Source: Mustelus asterias (taxonomy: Eukaryota). Taken from it: a stretch of DNA of 64,000 bases. Below the pieces are notes generated by a model, which was not told where the DNA came from, did no database searches, and saw nothing but the letters and a program-made list of their open reading frames with translations. The translations under genes were made by a program, and so were the position numbers. The stretch is taken from assembly GCF_964213995.1 (NCBI RefSeq), contig NW_027590261.1, forward strand, positions 1 to 64,000. The letters run 5' to 3'. Positions 36,181-48,892 of this stretch are shown here, piece by piece; within the stretch, counting starts at the first letter, position 1, and each line of letters begins with the position of its first letter.

Positions 36181-36784
36181 CTGGTTTAAGACTTATCTAG
36201 ACAGCTATATGAACGGAGTGGGAATGGAGGGATACAAAAGAGTGGTCTAGTTTGGACCAGGGAGCGGCGCGGGCTAATTGTTCCTTGTTTCTCGTTTCAA
36301 GGCTTCATTCTATGATCATCTTGCTGGTGCCAGTACAGAGCGAGACTGCGGATAGTTGGGAACCTGTCTCAGTGGCAGGGAATTCATATGGTGTTCGTGG
36401 AAGTGGAAATGACTAGGGTTGGGAAGCATTTTCCGATCAGGGCCATTGTGATCTCCTGGACTCGTTTCGATCGCCTCAGGGGGTCGGAGAGGAATTTCCC
36501 AGATTTTTTTTCCCCATATTGGCCCTGGGGTTTTCACTCTGGGTTTTCACCTCTCCCTGGAGATCACATGGTCTGGAATGGGGGGGTGGGGGTGAGTTAA
36601 TCGGTTGTGGTGAACAAAGCATCGTGTCTGTGAGGGACAGCTCGGTGGATAGGATTGGTATGTAGATAGGCTGGAAAATTGGGCGGGGATCCTGGATTCA
36701 GGATTCAATCCTGGACCGGGGAGCGGCGCGGGCTTGGAGGGCCGAAGGGCCTGTTCCTGTGCTGTATTGTTCTTTGTTCTTTGT
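36181..36784 (+). mobile_element. CR1 3' end with long 3' UTR (same family as 58655-59520)
   Basis: FKTYLDSYMNGVGMEGYKRVV*, ~530-nt UTR, (gttcttt)n tail. Confidence 0.85.
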
Positions 36785-36873
36785 AATTCCTCAAATTGAC
36801 TCTGATCCTGAATTGACGCTTAGTTGATTTTTTTTCCCCACAAATCCTCATATCTAGGAAATGGAGTTTACAT

Positions 36874-37540
36874 GGCGGCACGGTAGCACAGTGGTTAGCA
36901 TTGCTGCTTCACAGCTCCAGGGACCAGGGTTCGATTCCCGGCTTGGTTCACTGTCTGTGTGGAGTTTGCACATTCTCCTCGTGTCTGCGTGGGTTTCCTC
37001 CGGGTGCTCCGGTTTCCTCCCACAGTCCAAAGATGTGCGGGTGAGGTTGATTGGCCAGGTTAAAAATTGCCCCTTAGAGTCCTGAGATGTGTAGGTTAGA
37101 GGGATTAGTGGGTAAATATGTGGGGGTAGGGCCTGGGTGGGATTGTGGTCGGTGCAGACTTGATGGGCCGAATGGCCTCCTTCTGCACTGTAGGGTTTCT
37201 ATGATGAAAAGTAACCAGCGTCCGTCAAGGATAGAAACTCTGAACAGAGAATTCTAGTTTAAAGTTTATTTATTGTCACAAGTAGTCTAACATTAACACT
37301 GCAATGAAGTTACTGTGAAAATCCCCTAGTCGCCACACTTCAGTGCCTGTTTTGGGTGCACAGAGAGAATTTAGCATGGCCAATGCACCCAACCAGCACA
37401 TCTTTCAGACTGTGGGAGGGAACCGGAGAACCCGGAGAAAACCCATGCAGACACGGGGAGAGTGTGCAAGCTCCACACAGACAGTGACCCAAGCCGGGAA
37501 TCAAACCCGGATCCCTCATGCTGTGAGGCAGAGGTGCTCA
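36874..37540. mobile_element. two HE1-like SINEs: 36874-37205 (+, type B) and 37258-37540 (-, type A), inserted in a second ZNF leader module
   Basis: Both match the SINE consensus. Flanks 36790-36870 and 37205-37260 join into a copy of the ZNF acceptor module (compare 53440-53525). Confidence 0.8.
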
Positions 37541-37999
37541 TCATGTTGTCGTTTTCCACTCTTGTTCCTCCAAATCTGTAAATCCCCGTCCCACACACTC
37601 TCCTTCCTCCCTGGGCTGAAATCCAAATAAAGTTTTGGATGTTTCTTTCCAGATCCTTTTAACACATTTCAAAACTGGAGATAATTTCATTCATGACTTT
37701 TGTCAAAACATGAATCTGAATCACCCAGAATAACAGACGGTTAACCTTGTGTTCCAAACTGTGTGTGTGTGGAGATTTTCTCAGAGGAGCCTCAGTCACC
37801 ATCACTGAGTCTAACTTTAAATTGCAGATTTTATGAGTTGAATGGATTTGAAGCCCTGTCCCCAGAACATTATGCTGTCTCTCTAAATTACTAATGCAGT
37901 GGCATTACCACTTGGTCAGTGTGTTCCCTTGTTGGTTGTGGGGAGAAGCCGGAAGCGAGGAATAGTGAGTGGGGAATGTTGATTGTTTCACATTGGGCA

Positions 38000-38530
38000 T
38001 TTGGAATCCCCCAGCCCAGACACTGACCTCTCACCTCACACCTCACAATGCACCAGTGAATGATTGACGGCGGCTCCGGACCAATAGGAGGAGAAAGGGC
38101 GGGGCTGGAGGAAGGAACGCGAACAGCTGGTCCTCCAACCAGGAGGGGGCGAGGCTGGGCTGTGAGTGACGCATGCGCAGTGTCATTAATGGCGATGGGC
38201 AGACGGTTCTTGTCGGATCGACAATGAATTAAAGAATGACAAGAACCGGAGGGAGCGATGGATCAGGCGGGGGGAGGTGTTGGCGAGCCTTCATAAACGT
38301 GTTATATAAACCGCAAATCCTTGAAAAAGAATTACCGATATCCGGGGATGGTCCCGGCCCTTTGCACAGAGCAGGGCCGCAGCTTTCTCCCAGTTACAGA
38401 CCCGGGTTAACCGCCGCCATGTTTATCGGGCACTGGCAGGAAGGCGCATGCGCGATCGCCATTTTTATCGGGGGCATTTTGAGCAGGGCGCATGCGCAAC
38501 CGACATGTTTGTTGACGGCGTTTGAAATTC
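38000..38530. promoter_or_regulatory. CpG-rich, probably bidirectional promoter between ZNF-3 (-) and ZNF-4 (+)
   Basis: CCAAT (38081), GGGCGGGG (38097), GCATGCGCA (38171), CCGCCAT (38414), GCGCATGCGC (38444, 38488), CGCCATTTT (38457). 38025-38180 is homologous to 45425-45570. Confidence 0.65.
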
Positions 38531-40760
38531 TTCCCAGTGACAGAATGTGAACAACTTGTCCATCAAACAGCTTCACTCTTTCACTTCCAATTTCTTACTG
38601 ATGAGAAAACAACAATATCAGGGCAGTGACAATTATTTATATCCACATTGTGTCTTTAACAAAATAAACTAGTCCCAGACATTTTACAGAAACGTTACAA
38701 AGTGACTCTTGACACAGCCATTTGATTTAATTTATTATTGTCGCATATACTGGGATACAGTGAAAATTATTGTTTTTTGTGTGCTATACAGACAAAGAAT
38801 ACCGTACATAGAGTACATAGGGGAGAAGGAAAAGAGAGGGTGCAGAATATAGTGTTGCAATCACAACATGCAGAGAACGGTTAGGTGCATTGACACAAAG
38901 AGGCTCTGGAGTGTGGCGACGAGGGGAATTTCACAGTAACTTCACTGCAGTGTTAATGTAAGCCTTCTTGTGACTAATAAATAAACTTTAACCTTAAAGA
39001 TCAGAACGAGAGTGAAAGATAGAACTAGAGGGCATTCTGGGGACAGCTTGCAAGCCATGCTAAATTCTCCCTCAGTGTACCCAAACAGGTGTCAGAATGT
39101 GGTGACTCGGGGATTTTCACAGTAACTTCATTGCAGTGTTAAGGTAAGGCTACCTGTGACACTAATGAATAAACTTATGTCAACTCGCTTTGGCGCTATT
39201 TTGTTTAGGTCAGGCAACCAAAAGTTTGGTCAAAGAGTTATCTTTTAAAGCAAGCAGAGGAGGTAGGCAAGCAGAGGGGTTTCACAAAGAAATTCCAGAG
39301 CTTGTGGCCCAGGCAACTAAAAGAATGGTCAGCAATGGAGGAACAATTAAATTGGGGAATGTTCAAGAGGCTGGAATATGATGAGTGCAGTGATCTCAGA
39401 GGGGTGTGTAGCAAAGGGATCTGTAACTATTTTCTATTATTTTCTTATTAATTACTCATTCTTAAACATCGCTACACAATTATATTGAAATCTCTACCAT
39501 TATCATTTATTTTCCCCCAACACTAACATGACCAGCAGCAATTATTCCCCATCCCCAGTTACCTGAGTGAAGATGATGTATTATTTTCTTGAACCACTGC
39601 AGTCTGTGTGGTGAAGATGCTCTCACAGTGCTGTTAGATAAAGTATTACAGGTTATTCACCCAGTGTTGATGAACAGTTACATCTCCAAATCAACAACAG
39701 CAATATGTAAAGTGAGGTTGAGAGCAGTAGATATTTAGGGAGGAAATTCCACAGCCTGGAGCCTGGGTAACTGAAAAAATGGCCAACACTTACATAGCGA
39801 TTCAAATCAGGAATGTTCAAGTGACCAGAATGAGATGAGTTGCAAAGGTCTTAAAGGTTGTTTAGATGGAGGAGATGACAGAGATAAGGATGATCACAGC
39901 CATGCTAGTAAACAAGGATGAGAATTTTAAAATTGAGATGATTATTCACCGAGAGCGTTTACAGGCCAGTGAGCACAGGGGTGATGGGTGAACAAGACGG
40001 TGTGAGTAAGCACATGGGCAGCAGAGTTCAGGATGACCTCAAGCTTGCAGGGAGGCTGAAAGTGGGAGTGTGTGATGAGAGTTAAGTCTCGAAGTAACAA
40101 AGGAATGGATGAGAGTTTCAGCAGCAGACGAGCTGAGACCAGGGCAGAATCAACCAATGTTACTGAAGTGATGATGATGCCAATTGTGGTTGGAAGCTCA
40201 ACACAGGGTCACATAGTTCACTGAATCAGTGCGTCAGACAGCTACCGGAGAGAGGGATGGAGTCAGTGGTGAGGAAAGTGAAGTTTGTCGGGGGGATTGA
40301 GGTCAATGACACCCATCTCCCAATATTTAAATGGAAGAAATTTCAGCTAATCCAGTGCTGGATGTCAGACAAGTCAGGAAGGTGTGTGAGTTAGAGCGGA
40401 ACTTGCAGGTGATGAAATTCACATACTTCGGTTGCCCTGGTCCTTCTAGACATTGGAGGTTGAGAATTTGGAAGATTCTGTCAAAGTTTTGTTTCCGTAT
40501 TCGGGAGAAAATCCATCTCTTTTGCCTCCTGTCTTTTCTACCCCCTTTCTCTCCCAATAAGGCGAGAGTTTTGTGTGGACCCAGACCAGGTGGCAGGTTA
40601 CCTGAAGGACATTAATGAACCAGTTTCTTACAACAGTCCAGCAGTTTTCATGGTCATTTTTTCCGAGTGCCAGGCCCAAAAATTACCAGATTCATTCAGC
40701 TCAATTTCACAACCTACCTTTCTATCTCACTCTCTTTTTTATTTTAAATCTGTCTCACAG

Positions 40761-42300
40761 GGTGTTAGAAAGGGAGGATTTGCAGTTGGGAGACTGAAAC
40801 TGAACATCAGGATCTGTGGAGTCACCCAATTTATCATAACCTGAATAGGATTTTGAACATGGAAGAAACATCAGAGTGGAGAGAAACCGTACACGTGTTC
40901 TGTTTGTGGACGAGGTTTCAGCCAATCATCTGGCCTTTCAAGACATAAATGCAGTCACAACAGGGAGAAACCATAGAAATGCAAGGACTGTGGGAAAGGA
41001 TTTGATTATCCAGTTAGGCTGGAAACTCATCGGCATAGTCACACTGGGGCGAGGCCGTTCACCTGCTCCACATGTGGGAAGGGATTCACTCAGTCATTCG
41101 CTATGATGGCAAACCAACATAGTCACACTGGAGAGAGGCTGTTCGCCTGCCCCAAATGTGGGAAGGGATTCGCTCAGTCATCCCACTTGCTGACACACCA
41201 GAGAGTTCATATTGGGGAGAGACCGTTCACCTGCTCCGAATGTGGGAAAGGATTCATTCAGTCATCTCACCTGCAGAAACACCAACATAGTCACACTGGG
41301 GTGAGGCCATTTACCTGCTTTGACTGTGGGAAGGGATTCACTCAGTCATCCCATCTGCAGAAACACCAGCGAGATCACACTGGGGAGGGACCGTTCACCT
41401 GCTCTATGTGTGGGAAGGGATTCACTCAGTCATCTGACTTGCTGTTGCACCAGCAAATTCATTCTGGGGAGAGACCATTCATCTGTTCCCAATGTGGGAA
41501 GGGATTAATTCTGTCATCTCACCTGCAGACACACCGAGTTCACATTGATGGTAGACCTTTTAAATGTCCGGATTGTGGACAATGTTATAAAAGCTCCGGG
41601 GAACTGATGTATCATCAACGTGTTCACTCTGATCAGAAACTGTTCAGGTGCTCTCACTGTGGGACTGGGTTCAGGCAATCATCTGTCCTCCTTGTACAGC
41701 AGTGAATTCACACTAGGGAGAGGCCGTTCATCTGTTCTGACTGTGGGAAGGGATTCGCTCAGTCATCTGACCTGCGAACACACCAACGAATTCACACTGG
41801 GGAGAGACCATTCACTTGCCTCAGGTGTGAGAAGGGATTTATTAATTCAACCAACCTGCTGAGACACCGGAACGTTTACATTGCGAGAGAGACCTTTCTT
41901 ATCCTCCGAATGAGGGAAGAAATTCACTCAGTTATCCTTTAAACACCCAAATGTTCACATTAACTGGAGAACTTGTAAATGCAAAGTCCCAGGCATTGTC
42001 ATATAGGTTGCCAGGAACTGATGTCCCATCAATGTGTTCACGCTGATGAGGTGTTCTCATTGTGGGACTGGGTTCACTATTCATCTCAACTCACTGCACA
42101 CCATCAAGTTTACACTGGCGAGAGGTTGTGCACCTGGTGTGAATGTGGAACGGGTTTGCTTATTTAATCCCATGTCCTGAGTCACCAGTGAGTTCTCAAC
42201 TAACTACCGTGATTGGAGTTTGCTGTTAATCACATCCAGGACTGAACTGGGGTCTGTTTTTGCTGATGTTAATGAACTCCAGCCCAGTTATAGTTAATAT
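40761..42300 (+). pseudogene. C2H2 zinc-finger pseudogene ZNF-4 (residual ORF 41103-41705, ~6 fingers)
   Basis: Acceptor ctcacag with exon start 40761. The ATG at 40859 is out of frame with the fingers. Stops at 40974 (TAG) and 41703 (TGA), frameshifted fingers to ~42200, family 3' UTR truncated at ~42302. Confidence 0.85.
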
Positions 42301-42663
42301 TCCTTCATGCCCTCTCAGGCTCATTTCACTCATGAGACTCTCATTCTGCTTCATGCACCCTATTCCCACTGAGCTACTGATCGCTCAATCTCATCATGTT
42401 TACTGATACTGTTAACAGTCTCTCTCTCTATACATATTGTTCTTCTCTCTTTCAAATCTGCCTTCATTACCCCCTCCCCAATAAAATCAACTCTGAACTC
42501 CAATCTCCTTGGAAATTTGTACCCCATCTCTCATCACCCCTTCTTCTGCAAAGCCCCTGTCACCTCTTAAATCCATGTCCATCTTTTCTGGAACTCCATA
42601 TTTGAATCCCCCCAAAATGTGGTGGATGCTGGGGAATTTACTGTTGCACCAGCACCATTTACT

Positions 42664-43012
42664 GTTCGTGTGTTAGCAGGTCAGATGACTGAGCGAATCC
42701 CTTCCCACAGTCAGAACAGGTGAACGGCCTCTCCCTAGTGTGAATTCACTGCTGTACAAGGAGGACAGATGATTGCCTGAACCCAGTCCCACAGTGAGAG
42801 CACCTGAACGGTTTCTGATCAGAGTGAACAAGTTGATGCTACATCAGTTCCCCGGAGCTTTTATAACATTGTCCACAATCCGGACATTTAAAAGGTCTCC
42901 CATCAATGTGAACTCATTGGTGTGTCTGCAGGTGAGATGACGGAATGAATCCCTTCCCACATTGGGTACAGATGAAAGGTCTCTCCCCAGAGTGAATTTG
43001 CTGGTGCACCAG
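42664..43012 (-). repeat. inverted copy of ZNF-4 segment 41442-41787
   Basis: The reverse complement aligns throughout (roughly 95% by eye) and includes the same premature TGA (cagcagTGAattcac). Confidence 0.92.
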
Positions 43013-43759
43013 GTAGTAAATTCATGGAGGAGTTAGACAGATTTTTAATTGTAATGGGTTGAAGGGTTATGGGGAGAAGGCAGGAAAATTGGGATGAGGA
43101 ACATATCAGGCATGATCGAATGGTGGAGCAGACTCGATGGGCCAAATGGCCCAATTCTGCTCCTATATTTTATGAACTTATGAACTCCAATAACATTTCT
43201 GTTCCTGCACAATATCAGAATAGCTCTTATCAAACTCATAAATTACATCCTCTGCGAATGTGACAATGGTAAACTTCCCTTCATTGCCCTTCCCACCCAG
43301 TCTCAAATCTTTGACACCATTGACCAAACCATCCTCCTTCACTGTCTCACCACTGTTGGTAAGCTGAGTGGGGCTGCAGATTTCTGATTTCCCTTCTTGT
43401 CTATCAAATTGTAGCCAGAGAATCACCTGAAGGAATTGTGAGTATTTGAGTTACATTTTCACACACTCACTCATTGGGTAAGTGACGAGGTGCCATTGAA
43501 TTTTGAAAGAAAAATGTTCCATTGTCACATTCACAGCGACTCTATCTTGTACACCAGCCCATCTGGATAAGATTAACACAGAAAAATAAAAATATTATAG
43601 TCCAGAATGCAAACTCATGGTGGTAAAAACAGTCTGCTAATTACAATTAAAATGCAATGCATTGCACGACAACGCTGTTACTTTGTTACAGACCTCATGA
43701 CACAGATTCATTGCCAACATTGGCCAACAGCTCCATTGTTGCAGGATGCAGATGATACA

Positions 43760-45030
43760 GATGAAGAAGTAGGCCATTCAGCCACTCGAGCCTTTTTCAC
43801 TGTTTAATATGGTCATGACTGATCAGATAATAACCTCAAATCAACATCCCGTCTGCCCACAGTAACCTATCACACCCTTGCTAACCAATAGCATATCCAC
43901 CTCTGCCTTCAAAATAATGAGACTTTGCTTTCACAGCCTTCTCAAGAAATGAGTCCCAAAGATTTATGTTGCCCCAAGTGAAAGCATTTCACCTCATCTT
44001 TGTTTTATTGGGTGACCCTTTATTTTTAAGCAGTGACCTCTATTTCTAGATTCTCCAAAAAGAGGAAACATCCTCTCCACGTCTACATTCTCAACACCCC
44101 TTAGAATATGAAGAGATTCCCCTCTCACTCCTCTAAACTACAGCAGATACAAGTCTAGCCTGTCTAACTTTTCAGCATAAGACAACCCACCCATTCCAGG
44201 CATTAGTCTGGTAAACATCTGAAATTCCTCCATATATATTCTTTAAACTACATTTTTCCTTAAATAATATAACCAACACTGTACACATTACTCCAAACAT
44301 GGTCTTACCAGTGTAATTGAAGCATAAACTTTTGTATTTAATTCCTCTCACAATACATGATAACATTCTAAAAGCTATTCTAATTACTTGCTGGACCTGC
44401 ATACTAGTGTTTGTGATTCGTGCACTGGAACACCCAAATCCCCCTGCACCTCAGAGCACTGAAATCTCTCCAAGGCAAAATGAACAATTTCACATTTTCC
44501 CACATTATAGTCTATTATAGCTCGATCTTTGCCCACTCACTTCATCCATCTATATGTTTTTGTTGCCTCCTTCTGTCCTCTTCACCACTTACCTTCACAC
44601 TTACTTTTGTGTTATCAACAAATTTGGCAACAATCCCATCCAGACTTTCATCCGAATCATTTTTATCAATTGTAAAAAGTTAAGGCTGCATCACTGATCC
44701 CTCTGGCACACCTCTCATTAGATGCTGCTACAGCACATTGGCTCAGTGGTTAGCACTACTGCCTCACAGTGTCAGGGACCATGGTTTGAATCCAGCCTCG
44801 GGTCGTGTGGTTGTTTTCACGTTCTCCCTGTGTCTGCGTGGGTTTCCCCTGGGTGCTCTGGTTTCCTCCCTACTCCAAAGATATGCAGGTTAGGTGGATT
44901 GGCCATGCTAAATTGTCCCTTAGTGTCCCAAGACATATAGTTTAGGGAGATGAGCGGGGTAAATATGTGGGGTTATGGAGATAGGACTTGGGTGGTATGC
45001 TTTGTCGGAGACTCAATGGGCCGAATGGCG
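43760..45030. mobile_element. decayed CR1 (minus, ~43760-44720) and HE1-like SINE (+, ~44730-45030)
   Basis: Degenerate RT C-terminal similarity, followed by the SINE core. Confidence 0.6.
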
Positions 45031-45189
45031 CCTTTGATTCTTTGAACCTGCAAAAGACTCATTCATGCCAACACTGAGCTTCCTGTTAGCCAGCCAAAAA
45101 CTATCCAGACCAGTATTTTCTCCCCTATCTGTGATGGTAGGAGAAATACATTGATACTTCTGATTATGCTATCCATATGTAAACAGAAT

Positions 45190-45580
45190 CTCACCTTCAC
45201 TTCTCCAGATTGAGGGAAAGATTATCCGATACTGGGTCTCGAATGGCAGCAGGATTACCCACAGTCCCGTGCGCCTCAGAAAGCGCTCAACATCGGCGGG
45301 TTGTGCGTGTGGCTGGCGCATGCTCGGAGGGAGCTGGTCTCTTTGAAGTTGTTTGTGAGAAGTGGCCGGAAGTGGCGGAAGTGAGAGTGGAGAATGTTCA
45401 CTGTAAACCCCGCCCCTTCAAGCCTGACCTTTCACCTGGCACCTCACAATGCCCGGGGACTGATTGACGGCAGCTCCGAACCAATAGAAAGAGAGGAGAG
45501 TGAACGGCTGGTCCTCAAACCAATCGGAGTGAATGAAGGGGCGGGGCTGTGACTGAAGCATGCGCAGTGCGGGTGTTGAG
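45190..45580. promoter_or_regulatory. CpG-rich promoter upstream of ZNF-5, with a possible divergent minus-strand exon
   Basis: Tandem CCGGAAGT/CGGAAGT (45366-45382), CCAAT twice, GGGGCGGGG (45538), GCATGCGCA (45558), TACCCACAGTCCCGTGCG (ZNF143-like, 45256), and a minus donor GAAG|GTGAGA near 45194. Confidence 0.6.
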
Positions 45581-45702
45581 CTGCAAAGCCTCTTCAGAAA
45601 TTCCATCCTGTATTTCCAGTGAAAAGTTTCCTAAACTCCATTTACAGGGAGTGAGAAAGGGAGGATTTACAGACGGGAAAGTCAGAGCAAACATCACATC
45701 AG

Positions 45703-46029
45703 GTTAGAATAGAATCATAAAATCCGACAGTGCAGAAAGAGGCCATTCGGCCCATCGAGTCTGCATCGACCACAATCCCACCCAGGCCATATCCCCATAA
45801 CCCCATGTGTTTACCCTCCCTAATCCCCCTGACAACAAGAGACAATTTAGCATGGCCAATCCACCTAACCTGCATATCTTTGGACTGTGGGAGGAAACCG
45901 GAGGACCCGGAGAAAACCCATGCAGACTGGGTACACACTCCACAAAGACAGTGACCCAAGCTGAGAATTGAACCCCAGTCCCTGGCGCTGTGAGGCAGCA
46001 GTGCTAACCACTGTGCCACAGTGCCGCCC
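45703..46029 (-). mobile_element. HE1-like SINE inserted in the ZNF-5 leader
   Basis: Full-length reverse copy; the leader caaacatcacatcagg resumes as tctgacagtcact at ~46189. Confidence 0.88.
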
Positions 46030-46484
46030 ACAAAGTTTAAATGCGTTTCCACCCTGCTGAGCACAGCAGATTCACGTGGGAGAGACCATACACCTATTCC
46101 GTATGTGGCAAGGGATTCACTCAGTCCTCGGGACTTTGCACACACACCAGGGAATCCTCACTGTGGAGAAAGCATTCAGCAGCTGGTTCTGACAGTCACT
46201 CTTCATCAGGACCTGAATATCATTGGTCTTGAATGTGGAAGGAGAAATGTTTGTTCTGCCTGTGGGGAAAGATTTAGAACATCAGTGTGACTGGAAAAGT
46301 GCTGAGACACACACATCCCTGTGAGAGTGTTCCAGTGAACTGACCATGGAAAGAGCTTTAACCAGTTACAGTCTGAAAAAAACACCACAGCATTCACAGC
46401 GAGGAGAAACTGTACTCGTGTTCTGTGTGTGAATGAGGCTTCAACTGATCATCAAACCAAGAGAGACACAAGGTCCCTGGCACC

Positions 46485-47159
46485 ATGGAGAAAACGTGGA
46501 AATGTGGGGACTGTGGGAAGGGATTCAATTATCCATCCCAGCTGGAAATTCATCGACGCAGCCACACTGGGGAGAGACCGTTCACCTGCTCAGTATGTAG
46601 AAAAGGATTCACTCAGACAACCAAACTCATTTTACACCAGCGAATCCACACTGAGGACAGGCCATTCAGCTGCACTCAATGTGGAACAAAGTTTAAATGC
46701 ACTTCCACCCTGCTGAGGCACCAGCAGATTCACAGTGGGGATAGACCATACATCTGCTCTGTATGTGGCAAGGAATTCACTCAGTCTTCGGGACTTTGCA
46801 CACACCAGAGAATTCACACTGTGGAGAAGGCATTCAGTTGTACTTCCTGTGGAAAGAGGTTCAGGCAGTCATCTGAGCTCGATGAACACCAGCAAATTCA
46901 CACTGGGGAGAGGCCATTCATCTGCTCTGTGTGTAGGAAGGGATTCACTCGGTCATCCCACCTTCTAAGACACCAGCGAGTTCACACTGAGGAGAAACCA
47001 TTCAGCTGTACTTCCTGTGGAAAGAGGTTCAGGCAGTCATCTGACCTCAAAGCACATCAGCAAGTTCACACTGGGGAAAGGCCATTCATCTGCTCTGAGT
47101 GTGGAAAGGCATTCACACGGTCATCCCACCTGCTGACACACCAGCACATTCATAAGTGA
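46485..47159 (+). CDS. C2H2 zinc-finger protein ZNF-5 (8 fingers)
   Basis: accATGgag start, MEKTWKCGDC..., 8 intact fingers, family 3' UTR at 47160-47290. Confidence 0.9.
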   Translation: MEKTWKCGDCGKGFNYPSQLEIHRRSHTGERPFTCSVCRKGFTQTTKLILHQRIHTEDRPFSCTQCGTKFKCTSTLLRHQQIHSGDRPYICSVCGKEFTQSSGLCTHQRIHTVEKAFSCTSCGKRFRQSSELDEHQQIHTGERPFICSVCRKGFTRSSHLLRHQRVHTEEKPFSCTSCGKRFRQSSDLKAHQQVHTGERPFICSECGKAFTRSSHLLTHQHIHK

Positions 47160-47499
47160 ATCCAGAGGTTAGATTCTGCTGTTATTGTTGCTGTTCCTGG
47201 ACTGACAGTCTGACAATATTTGGTTTGTTTCTGTGGATATCAACAAACCACATAACAGTCTGGAGTTTAATATTCTGGAGATGTCATTGACCTTTGGGCT
47301 GCAGTGTCCCTTTTTAAATGCACCATCTGTGATCTTCACACATAATTCAAGAACTCTCAACAGGAACTTGTTCACAATAAAATTATGAACTTTTCCATCA
47401 ATGCTTAATTGATCTCTGATGCAAAATCTACAATTCAGTGGCTGAGAGGTTCCACTGATTTCTATCTCCAATTAGAAAGGGTTGTTAATTCTTCAGGTG

Positions 47500-48520
47500 A
47501 AAAGAACCAGAGGAAAAAATGCAAATTGTCTTAAAACTGCACAACCAACTACTCGCCCATTTTTAAAAAAGATTAAAAATCCTGCTAAAAGAAGCAGGGT
47601 GATGATGAAGAGTACATGAGGCTCTTGGACAGATTAGCGCAAAGTGTGGAATGTGTGAAAGGTATCGGAGGCTACCATTACATCCCTCCTTTAGCTCATG
47701 AGGAAGTTGCAGTGGGTCTAAAGGTACAAGACAAAGACAAGAAATATTTTTATTCAGAACCTTAAAGACATGGTAACTCGATTTAGTCTTTCTCCAATAA
47801 TACGCTTAAAGTTTTAAAGTTTATTTATTAGTCACAAGCAAGGCTTACATTAACACTGCAATGAAGTTACTGTGAAAGTCCCCTAGTTGCCACAGTCTGG
47901 CACCTGTTCGGGTTAACGCACCTAACCAACACGTCTTTAAGAATGTGGGAGTAAAACAGAGCAGCCGGAGGAAACCCGCGCAGACACAGGGAGAACGTGC
48001 AAACTCCACACAGACAGTGACCCAAGCCGGGAATCGAACCCAGGCCATTGGCACTGTGAATCAGCAGTATTAACCACTGTGCTCCCGTGTCGCCCCATGT
48101 CAAGGACAAAAGGGTGATTCGAGACAAAGTCATGGAGAAATGGATAGGGACTGGACCTGGGGCACCAGCTAAGTTTCTGACTGATAATGAAGGGGAATTT
48201 GTTAATGATGAGTTTGGAGACGTGTGTGAAAACATGAGTATTCTGGTCATGAACACGGCAGCTGAAAGTCCTTTCAGTGATGGGCTCTGAAAGGAATCAC
48301 ACGGTGACCGATGAAATGCTGCAGAAAATCTCAGCTGATCAGCCAAACTACAAGTTGATAACTGCACTGGCCTGGACGATTCAGGGAAAGAATTCACTTC
48401 AGATGGTTGGAGGGTAGAATCCCTGTCAATGGGTCCATGGCAGAAATCCCTAATTACCCTCTGTGCCGGGCGATGGACTTCCTGCTTTAGTAGGGATACA
48501 ATTTGTTCCATTTTTCATAA
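47500..48520 (+). mobile_element. decayed LTR-retrotransposon integrase split by a SINE (47815-48095, minus)
   Basis: KWIG...PAKFLTDNEGEFVNDEF...CENMSI...NTAAESPFSDGL, an rve-core TDNG.EF / P..NG..E pattern with stops. Confidence 0.7.
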
Positions 48521-48892
48521 TCAATTATCAGATTGTTTCATGAAAAGAAGTGCTTAAATTGAGAAATTAAGTGGGGATCCTAGAAGAGGCTGTCTTGTCA
48601 TGTAACACTTTGTACAAAATAAGGAAAATCATATTTTTTCTTTGATTCATTGTGAAATATGTTGCTGTGTGTTGTGATGACACCAGTCTGGATTGTTAAC
48701 GTTTGAGAAATTCAAATAGCCAGTGATTAACAAAGAATTATGCTACAAGATTCCACATTTTTAAACAAGACCAAAATTTATTTATAAAACAATATTAAAA
48801 ACCAGCACTTTAGTTTATAAAGATTTATGGTATGAACCCAGTTCTACATTTTAAATCTTGCCACCAACCAGAGTTCCCTTGTACTTAATATA

